Below, one piece after another: positions 16,310 to 25,342 of a stretch of 39,485 nt of DNA. Source of the DNA: a virus (Duplodnaviria; Caudoviricetes); IMG/VR virus record IMGVR_UViG_3300044274_000332, positions 1 to 39,485 of that record. The stretch is one strand, 5' to 3'. The position numbers were made by a program, and so were the translations under genes. Position 1 is the first letter of the stretch. Each line of letters starts with the position of its first letter. The notes under the pieces are model-generated. The model did not search any database. It saw only the letters and a list, made by a program, of their open reading frames with translations, and was not told where the DNA came from.

Positions 16310-16785
16310 GCCCGGCAGTGGCCCGTGGCCTGGGTCTTCTGATTGTTATCACGGCGATATTCTCGGCTGGCTTCCTGTTCGGCTGGAAGTGGCAGGCTGT
16401 TGAGTATGCAGAGTACCGGGAAGACCAGGTTACGGATGCGCTGGTTGATATGGCGCATGCTCAGGTTCAGCGGGACAAACTGCAAAAACGGTTCGAGGCA
16501 CTAGATGCCAGGCATACGGAGGCAAAGCGGAATGCTGAAGAGCGTGAAGAGCAGCTGCTGTCTGATATTGGCGCTGGTCGCATCAGGCTGTCAGTGCTTG
16601 CCTCGGGGTGCGGAGCCAGTGCCGAAACCGGCGCCGGCGGCTTGGATGATGGAAGAGTTCGAGCCGACCTTGACCCCGCGCATGGTGAAAGAGTTATCCG
16701 TATTACCCGAGAAGGAGACCGAGCAATCCGAGCACTGAGTGCGTTGCAGGAATACGTTCGGCGGGTGTGCCTGAGTAATGGCTAA
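16306..16785 (+). CDS. Rz-like inner-membrane spanin
   Basis: N-terminal TM, coiled coil, G..RLSV, LQEYVR..C terminus. Confidence 0.85.
   Translation: MSPAVARGLGLLIVITAIFSAGFLFGWKWQAVEYAEYREDQVTDALVDMAHAQVQRDKLQKRFEALDARHTEAKRNAEEREEQLLSDIGAGRIRLSVLASGCGASAETGAGGLDDGRVRADLDPAHGERVIRITREGDRAIRALSALQEYVRRVCLSNG
16532..16738 (+). CDS. Rz1-like outer-membrane lipoprotein spanin embedded in +1 frame of Rz
   Basis: GGAGG RBS, signal peptide with lipobox ASGC, Pro-rich, AWMM motif. Confidence 0.8.
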   Translation: MLKSVKSSCCLILALVASGCQCLPRGAEPVPKPAPAAWMMEEFEPTLTPRMVKELSVLPEKETEQSEH

Positions 16786-16963
16786 ATCATTATTGAAGTT
16801 GTCAGTCCAGGTCCGCCAGCGCTGGTGGCTTCAGTACTATCTTCTGGGTGTCAGGTTGATGAGCATTCTGCTTGACCGGGATCCCGACTGGGTTCGCGTA
16901 GAACGAGTGATTAAAAAGGGATTAGTCCTATCAATGAAGCCGGTACCCTTGGATGGCCGCTAA
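16778..16963 (+). CDS. Small hypothetical protein
   Basis: Overlap-coupled between Rz and HNH. Confidence 0.55.
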   Translation: MAKSLLKLSVQVRQRWWLQYYLLGVRLMSILLDRDPDWVRVERVIKKGLVLSMKPVPLDGR

Positions 16964-17258
16964 GAAAAGAATGTACGGCACTCGCTGGCAGAAGGCCCGT
17001 GAGGGATTCCTTGCAAGCCACCCGCTATGCATGGAATGCAGCAAGTTCGGCAGGGTAACGGGCGCGGTGATCGTTGACCACATAGTCCCGCACCGTGGTG
17101 ACTGGGCTTTGTTCTGGGACAAGACGAACTGGCAGTCACTGTGTAAACACTGTCACGACAGCCACAAGCAGCGGCTTGAGAAGAGCGGAACTGCTGTTGG
17201 ATGCACTGAATCAGGAGTACCCATCGACCCCAATCACCACTGGAATAAAAAGGGGTAG
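16953..17258 (+). CDS. HNH endonuclease (HK97 gp74-like terminase cofactor)
   Basis: CMEC, VDHIVPHRGD, NWQSLCKHCH; just upstream of terS. Confidence 0.9.
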   Translation: MAAKKRMYGTRWQKAREGFLASHPLCMECSKFGRVTGAVIVDHIVPHRGDWALFWDKTNWQSLCKHCHDSHKQRLEKSGTAVGCTESGVPIDPNHHWNKKG

Positions 17259-17345
17259 GGGGTATCAAAAGTTCAAAACCTGCAACCCCAAAGACCGCTG
17301 CTCCCCCTTTTTTTGTGCAAGCGGGAGTTTTGGAGGGGGGGGTGT
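17259..17345. other. Probable cos packaging region
   Basis: Intergenic between HNH and terS, G-runs flanking TCAAAAGT...GACCGCTGCTCCC; exact cohesive end not determinable. Confidence 0.45.
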
Positions 17346-17382
17346 TGATGGCTGAGGCTGTTGGATCAGCCAGGAGGTAACC

Positions 17383-17898
17383 ATGGGTCAGCGAGGGCCG
17401 GCGCCAATGCCGGATAACGTGCATCGCTTGAATGGCAACCCAAGCAAGAAAAGCTTGGGTACCGGCAGCGATGTGCCGATTGAAATTCCTGCTGCACCTG
17501 AGCACCTGGATGACGAAGCCCAGAAGGAATGGACCCGGATCAGCAACGAGCTCTTTCGTCTGGGCCTGGTCGCCAAGGTGGACCGTGCGATGCTCGCGGT
17601 TTACTGCACTGCCTATTCCCGGTGGGTGAAGGCGGAGCTGAAGATGCAAGAACTCGGTGAGGATGGGCTGGTGCAGCGCTCGCCGAATGGATACCAGCAG
17701 ATGAGCAGCTGGCTTCAGATCAGTAATCGAGCGGTAGAGCAGATGAAATCCGCAGCTGCTGAGTTTGGCATGAGCCCATCAGCACGGGTTCGTGTGAACC
17801 CCAACCCTCAATTCGACATGTTTGGTGATGGCAAAAACTCCCAGGACCAGAAAGGCAGCGCCAAAGGCAAAGCCAACCCGGCAGAGAAGTACTTCTAG
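17383..17898 (+). CDS. terS: Terminase small subunit, P27 family
   Basis: RGPAP.P....LNGNPSK, PEHL..EA..EW, YCTAY, EFGMSPSAR. Confidence 0.9.
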   Translation: MGQRGPAPMPDNVHRLNGNPSKKSLGTGSDVPIEIPAAPEHLDDEAQKEWTRISNELFRLGLVAKVDRAMLAVYCTAYSRWVKAELKMQELGEDGLVQRSPNGYQQMSSWLQISNRAVEQMKSAAAEFGMSPSARVRVNPNPQFDMFGDGKNSQDQKGSAKGKANPAEKYF

Positions 17899-19597
17899 GG
17901 CCAAGGATCCTGTCACCAGTTACGCCGAAAAAGTTGTAAAGGGCACCATCATCGCGGGCCCGCATGTGCGGGCGTCATGCCAACGACACCTGAATGACCT
18001 CAAGAATGGCCCAGCCCGCGGGCTAAAGTGGGACATCGCCCAGGCCAAAAGAGCGATTGGTTACTTCAGTGATGTTCTTCACCTCAACGGTGGCGAACAT
18101 GAAGGCAAGCCCTTTGTGCTTGAGCCCGCTCAGGAATTCATTGTCGGCTGTCTTTTTGGCTGGATGGATTCAGATGGTACCCGGCGATTCCGGGCAGCGT
18201 ACGTTGAAACCGCAAAAGGGAATGGGAAAAGCCCGTTGGCAGCGGGAATCGGGTTGTATGGCCTGACCGCTGATGGTGAAAATCGCGCGGAAATTTATGC
18301 TGCCGCCACCAAGAAAGATCAGGCGATGATCTTGTTCCGCGATGCGGTGGCGATGGTGGATCAATCCCCGGAGTTGGCCTGGCGGATCCGCAAGAGCGGC
18401 AGCGCCGGCAATGAGTGGAATCTGGCTTTCCTTGATTCCATGAGCTACTTCCGGCCCATTAGCGCCGACGATGGCCAGTCAGGCCCGCGCCCTCACATGG
18501 CGTTAATTGATGAGTTGCACGAGCACCGGGACGGACGGGTGATCGAAATGCAGCGAGCTGGCACCAAGGGCCGGCGGCAGGCGCTGATCTTCATGATCAC
18601 CAACTCCGGGGCAAACCGGCAGTGCATCTGCTACGAATACCATGAATATGGCATTCAGGTTGCCAAAGGCGCAGTCGAGGATGATTCGTTCTTCTCCTAC
18701 ATCTGCGCGCTGGATGAAGGGGATGACCCTTTCAGCGATGAGTCTTGCTGGATCAAGGCTAACCCGTTGCTGGGCGTCACCATCCACAAGAAATATATCC
18801 GTGAGCAGGTGAGAGAAGCCCGTGGCATGCCCTCGAAAGAGAGCGTGGTAAAACGGCTTAATTTCTGTTTGTGGGTTGAAGCGGCAAATCCCTGGCTGAG
18901 CTTCGATGCCTGGCAGGGTGGCCTTGAAGAATATGATCTGTCCATGATGGCCGGCCGCCGCTGTAGGGCAGGGCTGGATCTATCCAGCACCACTGATCTG
19001 ACCTCACTGGTCCTAGCTTTTGAGCCCATTGCTGAAGACCCTGTCTGGCGATTGCTGCCTTTCTTCTGGCTGCCCGATGAGGGCATCACGGACAAGGAAA
19101 AGAAAGACCGAGTGCCATACACAGCGTGGGTAACGCAAGGGCACCTGGAGTTAACCCCCGGCAGGGCAATCAGCAAAAGCCATGTCCTGAAACGAATCGA
19201 TCAGATTGCCTCGCAGGTTGAAATTGTCGGTATGGCTTATGACCGCTGGCGGATTGAAGATCTGATGCAACTTGCATCTGACGAAGATATCACCCTGCCT
19301 GAAATGACGCCCTTCGGGCAGGGCTTTAAAGATATGGCCCCCGCAGTGGATGACTTTGAAGAGGGCCTGCTGAACGGACAGATCAAGCACAACGGCAACC
19401 CAGTGATGAACTGGTGTGCCGCCAATGCGGTGGTAGTTAACGACCCTGCCGGTAATCGCAAAATTGCCAAAGACAAAGCGACAGGAAGGGTAGATGGCAT
19501 TGTGGCCGCAGTGATGGCGAAAGGCGGTGCCAAAATCGAAATTGACGACGGGCCCAGCGTTTATGAATCGCGCGGGCTGCTGGAGGTAGAACTGTGA
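17828..19597 (+). CDS. terL: Terminase large subunit
   Basis: Walker A AKGNGKS, Walker B LIDELH, GLDLSSTTDL, YDRW, RVDGIVA. Confidence 0.95.
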   Translation: MAKTPRTRKAAPKAKPTRQRSTSRAKDPVTSYAEKVVKGTIIAGPHVRASCQRHLNDLKNGPARGLKWDIAQAKRAIGYFSDVLHLNGGEHEGKPFVLEPAQEFIVGCLFGWMDSDGTRRFRAAYVETAKGNGKSPLAAGIGLYGLTADGENRAEIYAAATKKDQAMILFRDAVAMVDQSPELAWRIRKSGSAGNEWNLAFLDSMSYFRPISADDGQSGPRPHMALIDELHEHRDGRVIEMQRAGTKGRRQALIFMITNSGANRQCICYEYHEYGIQVAKGAVEDDSFFSYICALDEGDDPFSDESCWIKANPLLGVTIHKKYIREQVREARGMPSKESVVKRLNFCLWVEAANPWLSFDAWQGGLEEYDLSMMAGRRCRAGLDLSSTTDLTSLVLAFEPIAEDPVWRLLPFFWLPDEGITDKEKKDRVPYTAWVTQGHLELTPGRAISKSHVLKRIDQIASQVEIVGMAYDRWRIEDLMQLASDEDITLPEMTPFGQGFKDMAPAVDDFEEGLLNGQIKHNGNPVMNWCAANAVVVNDPAGNRKIAKDKATGRVDGIVAAVMAKGGAKIEIDDGPSVYESRGLLEVEL

Positions 19598-19779
19598 AAG
19601 CGGCCATGATCATCGCCAATCTGTTGTTCGTGGTCGGCCTGGCCATGATTGCGGCGGGTGCAGGAATGATCTATCTGCCAGCAGCGTTCATCGTCGGTGG
19701 CTTTGGATTCATTCTTATGGCCATTGGTCTCTATCTGTCCCTTGCTCGTCAGCAGCGTTTGGGTGAGGGCGGTTCATGA
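19594..19779 (+). CDS. Small two-TM membrane protein between terL and portal
   Basis: Hydrophobic 61 aa, GTGA/ATGA coupled. Confidence 0.7.
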   Translation: MKAAMIIANLLFVVGLAMIAAGAGMIYLPAAFIVGGFGFILMAIGLYLSLARQQRLGEGGS

Positions 19780-20996
19780 ATATTCTGGGCGGCCTTTTGG
19801 GGCGATACGGCGAGCCGGTATCGCTCTCTGAAATGGAATACGGTGTGCGGCGTGCGGTCAATAAAACGCAGGCCGGCACATTCGTGAATGAATATCTGGC
19901 GCTCAATCTGACGGCGGTATCGTGTGCTGTGCAGGTGATCGCCAACACCATGGCTCAACTGCCTGTTCACGTTTATCAGCGGACCAGCAAGGGCCGAGAG
20001 CCTGTTAACCAGCACCCCGTTGAAGCGATGCTCAATGTTGAAGCCAACGCCAACATGACGCCCTTCACCTTCAAGCAGACCAAGCAATCTCATGCATTGC
20101 TATGGGGTAATGGCTACGGCGAGATTGTCCGCAATGGTCGAGGTCAGGCGGTGGGTCTTGAGCTCATGGAGCCTGACCGGACGCGACCTGAAGAAAAAGA
20201 CCCAGGCCGAATTGTCTATGGTTACAACGGGATGCTGGGGAAGGCTGATTTGCCATCTTCAGAGGTATTGCACCTCAAAGCGTTGGGTTACAACGGATTG
20301 GTGGGTTATTCCCAGATCCAGATGCATCGAAATGCGCTGGGTTTGGCCCTTGCTGCCGAGCAATTCGGCAGCAAGTTTTTTGCCAATGACGCCAAAAGTG
20401 GCGGCTTTCTCCAGCACCCGGGGAAGCTTGGCGAGAAAGCAACCAAGAATTTGCAGGACAGCCAGAACAAACAGGGCGGCCTGGACAACGCCTTCAAGGT
20501 AAAAATCCTTGAAGAAGGGATGAAGTTCATCCAAACCACTATCCCGCCGGATGATGCCCAGTTTCTCGGTACCCGCGAATTTCAGAATGCGGAAGTGGCC
20601 CGGATGTATAACGTGCCGCTGATTCTGTTGCACAGCCACGAAAAGACAACCAGCTGGGGTTCCGGTATTGAGGAGCTGATTCTGGGGTTTGTTCGGTTCA
20701 CGCTTCAAAGCTGGATCGTGGCGGACGAACAAGAAATGAACCGCAAGCTGTTCACCCCGAAAGAGCGTGAGCAAGGGCTGTTTGTGAAATACGCCCTTGG
20801 GGCGTTGTTGCGTGGTGACATGGCCAGCCGTGCCGCTTTCTACAAGACCATGGCCGAGATCAGCGGGTTGACTGCAAACGAGATCCGAGAGCTGGAAGAC
20901 CGCAACCCTCTGCCTGGTCTGGATCGCCCCTATATGCCCACCAATTGGCAGCACGTTGATCAATCAGGCAAGGGCACAGAGGAGAATGAGCAATGA
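19776..20996 (+). CDS. Portal protein, HK97 family
   Basis: AVSCAVQVIA, LLWGNGY, VLHLK, LEEGMKF, DAQFL, VARMYNVP, TANEIRELE. Confidence 0.95.
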   Translation: MNILGGLLGRYGEPVSLSEMEYGVRRAVNKTQAGTFVNEYLALNLTAVSCAVQVIANTMAQLPVHVYQRTSKGREPVNQHPVEAMLNVEANANMTPFTFKQTKQSHALLWGNGYGEIVRNGRGQAVGLELMEPDRTRPEEKDPGRIVYGYNGMLGKADLPSSEVLHLKALGYNGLVGYSQIQMHRNALGLALAAEQFGSKFFANDAKSGGFLQHPGKLGEKATKNLQDSQNKQGGLDNAFKVKILEEGMKFIQTTIPPDDAQFLGTREFQNAEVARMYNVPLILLHSHEKTTSWGSGIEELILGFVRFTLQSWIVADEQEMNRKLFTPKEREQGLFVKYALGALLRGDMASRAAFYKTMAEISGLTANEIRELEDRNPLPGLDRPYMPTNWQHVDQSGKGTEENEQ

Positions 20997-21928
20997 AATA
21001 TGCACGCCTGCTGGCAGCCATTGCCGGTGAATACTGGGCCATGGAGCCGCTAAAACTTGCGGCGATGATGGATATCGTCAAGTTTGCGGCTGAAGGTGGC
21101 AAGCTGGGCCCGGATGAAGTGGCCGCCAGAATTGACGCGGCCAAGATGACAGCTGCTCAGGATCGTGCTGTGCGCCGCAATGAAGGTGGGGTTGCTATCC
21201 TGCCCCTGGGTGGCGTGATCAGCAATCGGGCCCCAATGGTAGAGAATGTCAGTACTGATCCGGGCACCAGTGTAGAAAAGTTCGGGCGGCAGTATCGCGA
21301 GGCGATGAACGACAGCCAAGTGAAGGCAATCATTATCGATACCAACACCCCGGGCGGCACCGTTTCCGGTGTGCCTGAGTTGGCCGATGAAATCTTTACC
21401 GGGCGCAATAAAGACAAGCCGGTTATTGCCCATGTGAACGCCCTGAACGCCTCGGCGGGATACTGGATCACCAGCGCGGCAGACGAGATCGTGGCTACTC
21501 CGAGCGCCCAGGTTGGCAGTGTTGGGGTTTACACCCTGCATGAAGATATCAGCAAGTGGCTGGAAGCCATGGGTTTGAAGGAAACCCTGATCAGCGCTGG
21601 TAAGTTCAAGGTGGAAGGGAATCCCTTTGAGCCACTGTCTGACGAAGCGGAAGCTGCGATTCAGGGCAGCGTTAACGAATATTACGAGATGTTTACCGAC
21701 GCCGTGGCTCGCCACCGTGGCGTCAAGACTTCTGAGGTCCGTGGTGGCTTCGGTGAGGGGCGCACGCTGATTGCAAAGCAAGCGCTCAACGAGGGGATGA
21801 TTGATCGTGTTGCCACGCTCAATGAAACCCTGGCCCGGTTTGGTGTCGGCCCGCTGGCTGACCCAAGCCCCCAAGCCGCCACGCCGCGGCGCAACATGGC
21901 ACAGCGAAAGCTGGGCCTTATTTCTTAA
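20993..21928 (+). CDS. S49 (SppA-like) capsid maturation protease
   Basis: NTPGG, ASAGYWI, VGSVGV, AGKFK. Confidence 0.88.
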   Translation: MKYARLLAAIAGEYWAMEPLKLAAMMDIVKFAAEGGKLGPDEVAARIDAAKMTAAQDRAVRRNEGGVAILPLGGVISNRAPMVENVSTDPGTSVEKFGRQYREAMNDSQVKAIIIDTNTPGGTVSGVPELADEIFTGRNKDKPVIAHVNALNASAGYWITSAADEIVATPSAQVGSVGVYTLHEDISKWLEAMGLKETLISAGKFKVEGNPFEPLSDEAEAAIQGSVNEYYEMFTDAVARHRGVKTSEVRGGFGEGRTLIAKQALNEGMIDRVATLNETLARFGVGPLADPSPQAATPRRNMAQRKLGLIS

Positions 21929-22005
21929 CCCAACCGGATACCCCTTTCCACACTGCCAACCCTGGCGGTGGGGGATCCTATTGTCTGAAATTCAGGAGAC
22001 AGACT

Positions 22006-23286
22006 ATGAGCCTTCAGGCCCTGCGCGCAGAGCGCGAGAAGAAGGTTGCGGAAATGCGCCAGATGGTCAACACGGCCGAGGCGGAAGAGCGCGACCTGAA
22101 CGAAGAGGAAGCTGGCAAGTTTGATGCCTTGCAAGCTGATGTACAGAAACTGGATGCCAGTATCTCCCGGCTGGAAAGCCTGGCGGGTATGGAAGCCGCT
22201 CTGGATGAGCCGGCGGATTCCCGTGTTGCTGGTGTTCGTGGCCATCCTGGGCGAGCTGCGGCTGCAGCGCCGAAAGAGTTTGAAAGTTTCGGTGAGTTCC
22301 TCCATGCAGTGCGCTTCAACGATGGTGACACTCGTCTTTCCGGTTTGTATGGAGAGGTGCAGGCTGCAGACGGTCAGCGTATGAGTGAGGGCGCCAGCGG
22401 CGGCTTCATGGTTCCGGATCAGTTCATGACTGGGATTATGCAAGTTGATCCCGAAGCGGCAATTGTCCGGCCGCGCGCTCGGGTGATTCCTGCTGGCAAC
22501 ATGCCTGATGCAAGTCTCTCACTAACAGCGCTGGATCAAGGCTCAGCCACCAATATGTATGGCGGGGTTGAGGTTTACCCGGTAGAGGAAGGCGGTACTA
22601 AGCCGGATACTGACGCCAAACTTCGAAATGTTCAGCTGACTCCGCAGGAAGTAGCTGCATGCGTCGAGGTAACTGACAAGTTGCTCAGGAATTGGCCGGC
22701 GGCGTCCGTGTTCATTAGCGACCTTCTCCGTGATGCGATTCGTGCTTGGGAAGATCGGCAGTTCCTGACCGGTAATGGTGTTGGCAAGCCGTTGGGGATT
22801 CTGAATTCTCCCGCGGTGATTCCTGTTGCTCGTGCAACCGCGAATGATATTACCTACGTTGATATCGTCAACATGGAAGCTGAGCTTCTCGAAGGTGGTG
22901 TGCCTGTCTGGATTATTTCTAAAAAGGCAAAAAAACGTCTGCGTCACATGAAAGATGAGGCGGGCCACCTCATCTGGCAAGACAGTGCGCGCACGGGCGA
23001 GCCGCCGCTTCTGCTTGGTATTCCCGTATTCACTACAACCCGAACGGTTGCGCTTGGTAAAAAGGGCGACATCATGCTGGCTGATCTCAAGAGCTACCTG
23101 ATCAAAGACGGTAGCGGGATCTTTGTCCAGGCTTCCGAGCATGTGAAATTCAAGCAAAACAGGACGGTCATTAAGGCCTTCTGGAATGTTGATGGGGCTC
23201 CCTGGCTGAACGGGCCAGTTAAGGGTGAAGACGATGAGCTTTACTCAGCCTTCGTGGTCTTGGATGTACCTAGCGGCTCCCCGTAA
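22006..23286 (+). CDS. Major capsid protein, HK97 fold
   Basis: N-terminal coiled-coil scaffold, GGFMVP, EGG.KP, FLTGNG..KP.GILN, LLGIPV. Confidence 0.93.
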   Translation: MSLQALRAEREKKVAEMRQMVNTAEAEERDLNEEEAGKFDALQADVQKLDASISRLESLAGMEAALDEPADSRVAGVRGHPGRAAAAAPKEFESFGEFLHAVRFNDGDTRLSGLYGEVQAADGQRMSEGASGGFMVPDQFMTGIMQVDPEAAIVRPRARVIPAGNMPDASLSLTALDQGSATNMYGGVEVYPVEEGGTKPDTDAKLRNVQLTPQEVAACVEVTDKLLRNWPAASVFISDLLRDAIRAWEDRQFLTGNGVGKPLGILNSPAVIPVARATANDITYVDIVNMEAELLEGGVPVWIISKKAKKRLRHMKDEAGHLIWQDSARTGEPPLLLGIPVFTTTRTVALGKKGDIMLADLKSYLIKDGSGIFVQASEHVKFKQNRTVIKAFWNVDGAPWLNGPVKGEDDELYSAFVVLDVPSGSP

Positions 23287-23307
23287 AGCTGACCGCTAAC
23301 TGATCAA

Positions 23308-23340
23308 ACAAAGGGCGCATTCAGCGCCCTTTGTCGTTTG
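23308..23340 (+). terminator. Stem-loop/partial terminator after capsid gene
   Basis: ACAAAGGGCGC-ATTCA-GCGCCCTTTGT 11-bp stem. Confidence 0.65.
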
Positions 23341-23368
23341 AGTACGTTTTAACAAGAGGGAATTCCCG

Positions 23369-23767
23369 ATGAATGCAAAGCTGAGCGAAGTGCTGGGTTT
23401 CGCCCTGGCATTGGAAGGCGCCGATCTGGCGGGTGGAGCGACGACCAACTATGTCAACGTGGTTGATATTCGGCTGGTCTGTCTGGTTTTGCTGGCAGCC
23501 GCTGCTGCGGAAGATGCCACCATTACCGTTCAATTCCGTGCTGCTGAGGATGCCTCCGGCACCAATGCAGTTGATCTGGGTGGTGTTATCACCCTGACTG
23601 CCGGTGCGGGGCCGCTGAAAGTCCATGCGGATCGCGTGATTGCAGGCCTTCCGGAAGGTCTGACCTATGTGGCGGCGGTTGTCACGGCTGTAGACAGCCC
23701 GGTGCCGGCGGCATTGAACAGCGTCAGCGGCACTTTCGTACTGGGTGACCGCCGGTACAACCCGTAA
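23369..23767 (+). CDS. Putative capsid decoration/cement protein
   Basis: 132-aa beta-rich protein immediately after MCP. Confidence 0.6.
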   Translation: MNAKLSEVLGFALALEGADLAGGATTNYVNVVDIRLVCLVLLAAAAAEDATITVQFRAAEDASGTNAVDLGGVITLTAGAGPLKVHADRVIAGLPEGLTYVAAVVTAVDSPVPAALNSVSGTFVLGDRRYNP

Positions 23768-24222
23768 TGGCTGCCCAGGAATGGGTGGTGCTATCTGCCT
23801 TCAAGGATGTTGGTGGTGAGATGGTGAAGCCGGGAGCCCCAAATTGGGCCCCGGCAACGCCTGAATCTGCCGAGAAACTGAAGAAGGCTGGATGCATCAC
23901 TGAAAAGGTGGCTAGCCCTTTTCCTGGCGAGACGATGAGCGAACCGTCGTCATCGTCGCCAGCGGGCCCAGCGCCGGCGCAGTTGACCTTGAGCTCACCC
24001 GCAAGTGGCCCGTCCTTGCAGTCAACGACGCCTGGCGAATCGTCCCCTGGGCAAAAGCCCTCTACGCCTGCGACGGAGCCTGGTGGGACCACCACCGGGA
24101 AGAAGTCAGCAGGGGCTTCACAGGCCAAAGCTGGACGCAAGACAAGCGGGCGGCAGAAAGGTACGGCCTCCGGTACATCTGCAGCAAAGTCGGCGCGGGG
24201 CTCAGCCAACAGCCCGGAATAA
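23767..24222 (+). CDS. Small putative head-associated domain (~52 aa) plus Ser/Thr/Pro-rich tail (zero-frame product)
   Basis: TAATG-coupled to decoration gene; compact N-terminal domain then low-complexity tail. Confidence 0.65.
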   Translation: MAAQEWVVLSAFKDVGGEMVKPGAPNWAPATPESAEKLKKAGCITEKVASPFPGETMSEPSSSSPAGPAPAQLTLSSPASGPSLQSTTPGESSPGQKPSTPATEPGGTTTGKKSAGASQAKAGRKTSGRQKGTASGTSAAKSARGSANSPE

Positions 24223-24509
24223 TTCACCAGGGGTGCAACAGCGGTTACCAGGCAATCAACCTGGCGTGGCAGCTGGGTGCGGGGCGGTTTGTTCTGGTGG
24301 GCTTTGATTTTCGGCTCCATGAGGGAAAGCGCCATTTTTTCGGCGACCACCCGGGAGCCCTCAACAAGGCAAGCCCTTATGAGCAGTGGAAGCCGTTAAT
24401 TGAAGTGCTGGTTAACGATCTTGCTGGCCTTGGTTGCGAAGTGGTGAATTGCTCGCCATATACCGCCCTGCAGTGCATACCGGTCAGTGATCTGGAGAAA
24501 GCGCTTTGA
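23916..24509 (+). CDS. Start-less -1 frame ORF encoding a Maf/DUF115 (GT29/GT42-like Rossmann) glycosyltransferase-like domain; predicted to be made as a ~247-aa frameshift fusion with 23767
   Basis: Manual translation: TVVIVASGPS..LAVNDAW..LYACDGAWW..NSGYQAINLAWQLGA..VLVGFDF..HFFGDH..VVNCS; open 23916-24509, no ATG/GTG/TTG before 24297; slippery CCCTTTT at 23916-23922. Confidence 0.78.
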   Translation, partial: PFSWRDDERTVVIVASGPSAGAVDLELTRKWPVLAVNDAWRIVPWAKALYACDGAWWDHHREEVSRGFTGQSWTQDKRAAERYGLRYICSKVGAGLSQQPGIIHQGCNSGYQAINLAWQLGAGRFVLVGFDFRLHEGKRHFFGDHPGALNKASPYEQWKPLIEVLVNDLAGLGCEVVNCSPYTALQCIPVSDLEKAL

Positions 24510-25342
24510 TAGTCCAGGGTATGAAAGGGCTTGGTGACAACATTTACCAGCGGGCGTTTATTCGGCAGCTGGGCGATGTGCAGTTGGAGACACCCTGGCC
24601 GGAGCTCTATGAAGATTTGCCGGGGGTTTCTTTCTTGAAGATGAGCACCCCGCTGCGTACCCAGGCAAAAAACCTGGCGCGACAGCCGGCGGATCGCTGG
24701 AGCTCGCCGGAGGGGGGCTCCTCTTGCCGTGTGCATTACGGGAAAGAAGGCATTTTCCCGGGCATGGAGCGCTGTTTCGGGATTAAGCCTGGCGTCATGG
24801 ATCTGCCAGATTTCGGGCCCCCGTTGGTGTCTGGCAGGTATGCGCTGGTTCGGCCAGTGACTTTGCGACGTGAGTGGCCAGCTGCTGCCAGAAACCCCTT
24901 GCCTGAATATGTTGCAGAGGCAGCGGCCGTACTTCGTGAGTGCGGTTTTACCGTCGTTTCTGTCGCTGACCTGGTGGCAGGGGAGGAAGAGCCTGTCGGA
25001 GATCTTCCAGAAGCTGATGTGGTCTGTCACCGCGGGGAGCTCTCGGTTAAGGAGTTGCTTGGGCTGGTGCAGGGTGCCGCTGTAGTGGTTGGTGGAATTG
25101 GTTGGTTGCTACCGGCGGCAATTGCTGCAGGTGTTCACGGGTGGTTCATCTGTGGGGGCCAAGGCGGCTACAACGCGCCGGGAAATCTCACACACGAAAG
25201 CATGAATTTGAATCGGGTGCATTTTGCCGTACCCGATCACTTCTGTATGTGTACCCAGAGGGAGCACAGCTGTGACAAACGCATTGCCAGCCATCGCAGC
25301 CAGTTTGAGCGATGGCTTAGAGAGACTGGTGTGGTGGCCTGA
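24506..25342 (+). CDS. GT9-like (heptosyltransferase-like, GT-B) glycosyltransferase
   Basis: N-terminal GLGD catalytic motif; LSVKELLGLVQGAAVVVG..G..PAAIAAG C-terminal Rossmann motif; terminal Cys cluster CMC...C; TTGA coupling. Confidence 0.72.
   Translation: MIVQGMKGLGDNIYQRAFIRQLGDVQLETPWPELYEDLPGVSFLKMSTPLRTQAKNLARQPADRWSSPEGGSSCRVHYGKEGIFPGMERCFGIKPGVMDLPDFGPPLVSGRYALVRPVTLRREWPAAARNPLPEYVAEAAAVLRECGFTVVSVADLVAGEEEPVGDLPEADVVCHRGELSVKELLGLVQGAAVVVGGIGWLLPAAIAAGVHGWFICGGQGGYNAPGNLTHESMNLNRVHFAVPDHFCMCTQREHSCDKRIASHRSQFERWLRETGVVA

Noticed and set aside
16953-17258. HNH as a mobile homing endonuclease or toxin
   Set aside because: Size and position before terS match the ordinary packaging cofactor
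24297-24509. 70-aa stand-alone ORF from the ORF track
   Set aside because: It is only the C-terminal third of the frame open from 23916; the GTG lies inside the conserved VLVGFD motif and has no RBS
23767-24509. Pseudogene or sequencing frameshift explanation
   Set aside because: Disfavoured, not excluded: in-register slippery heptamer, downstream hairpin and intact motifs argue for programmed recoding; reads are needed
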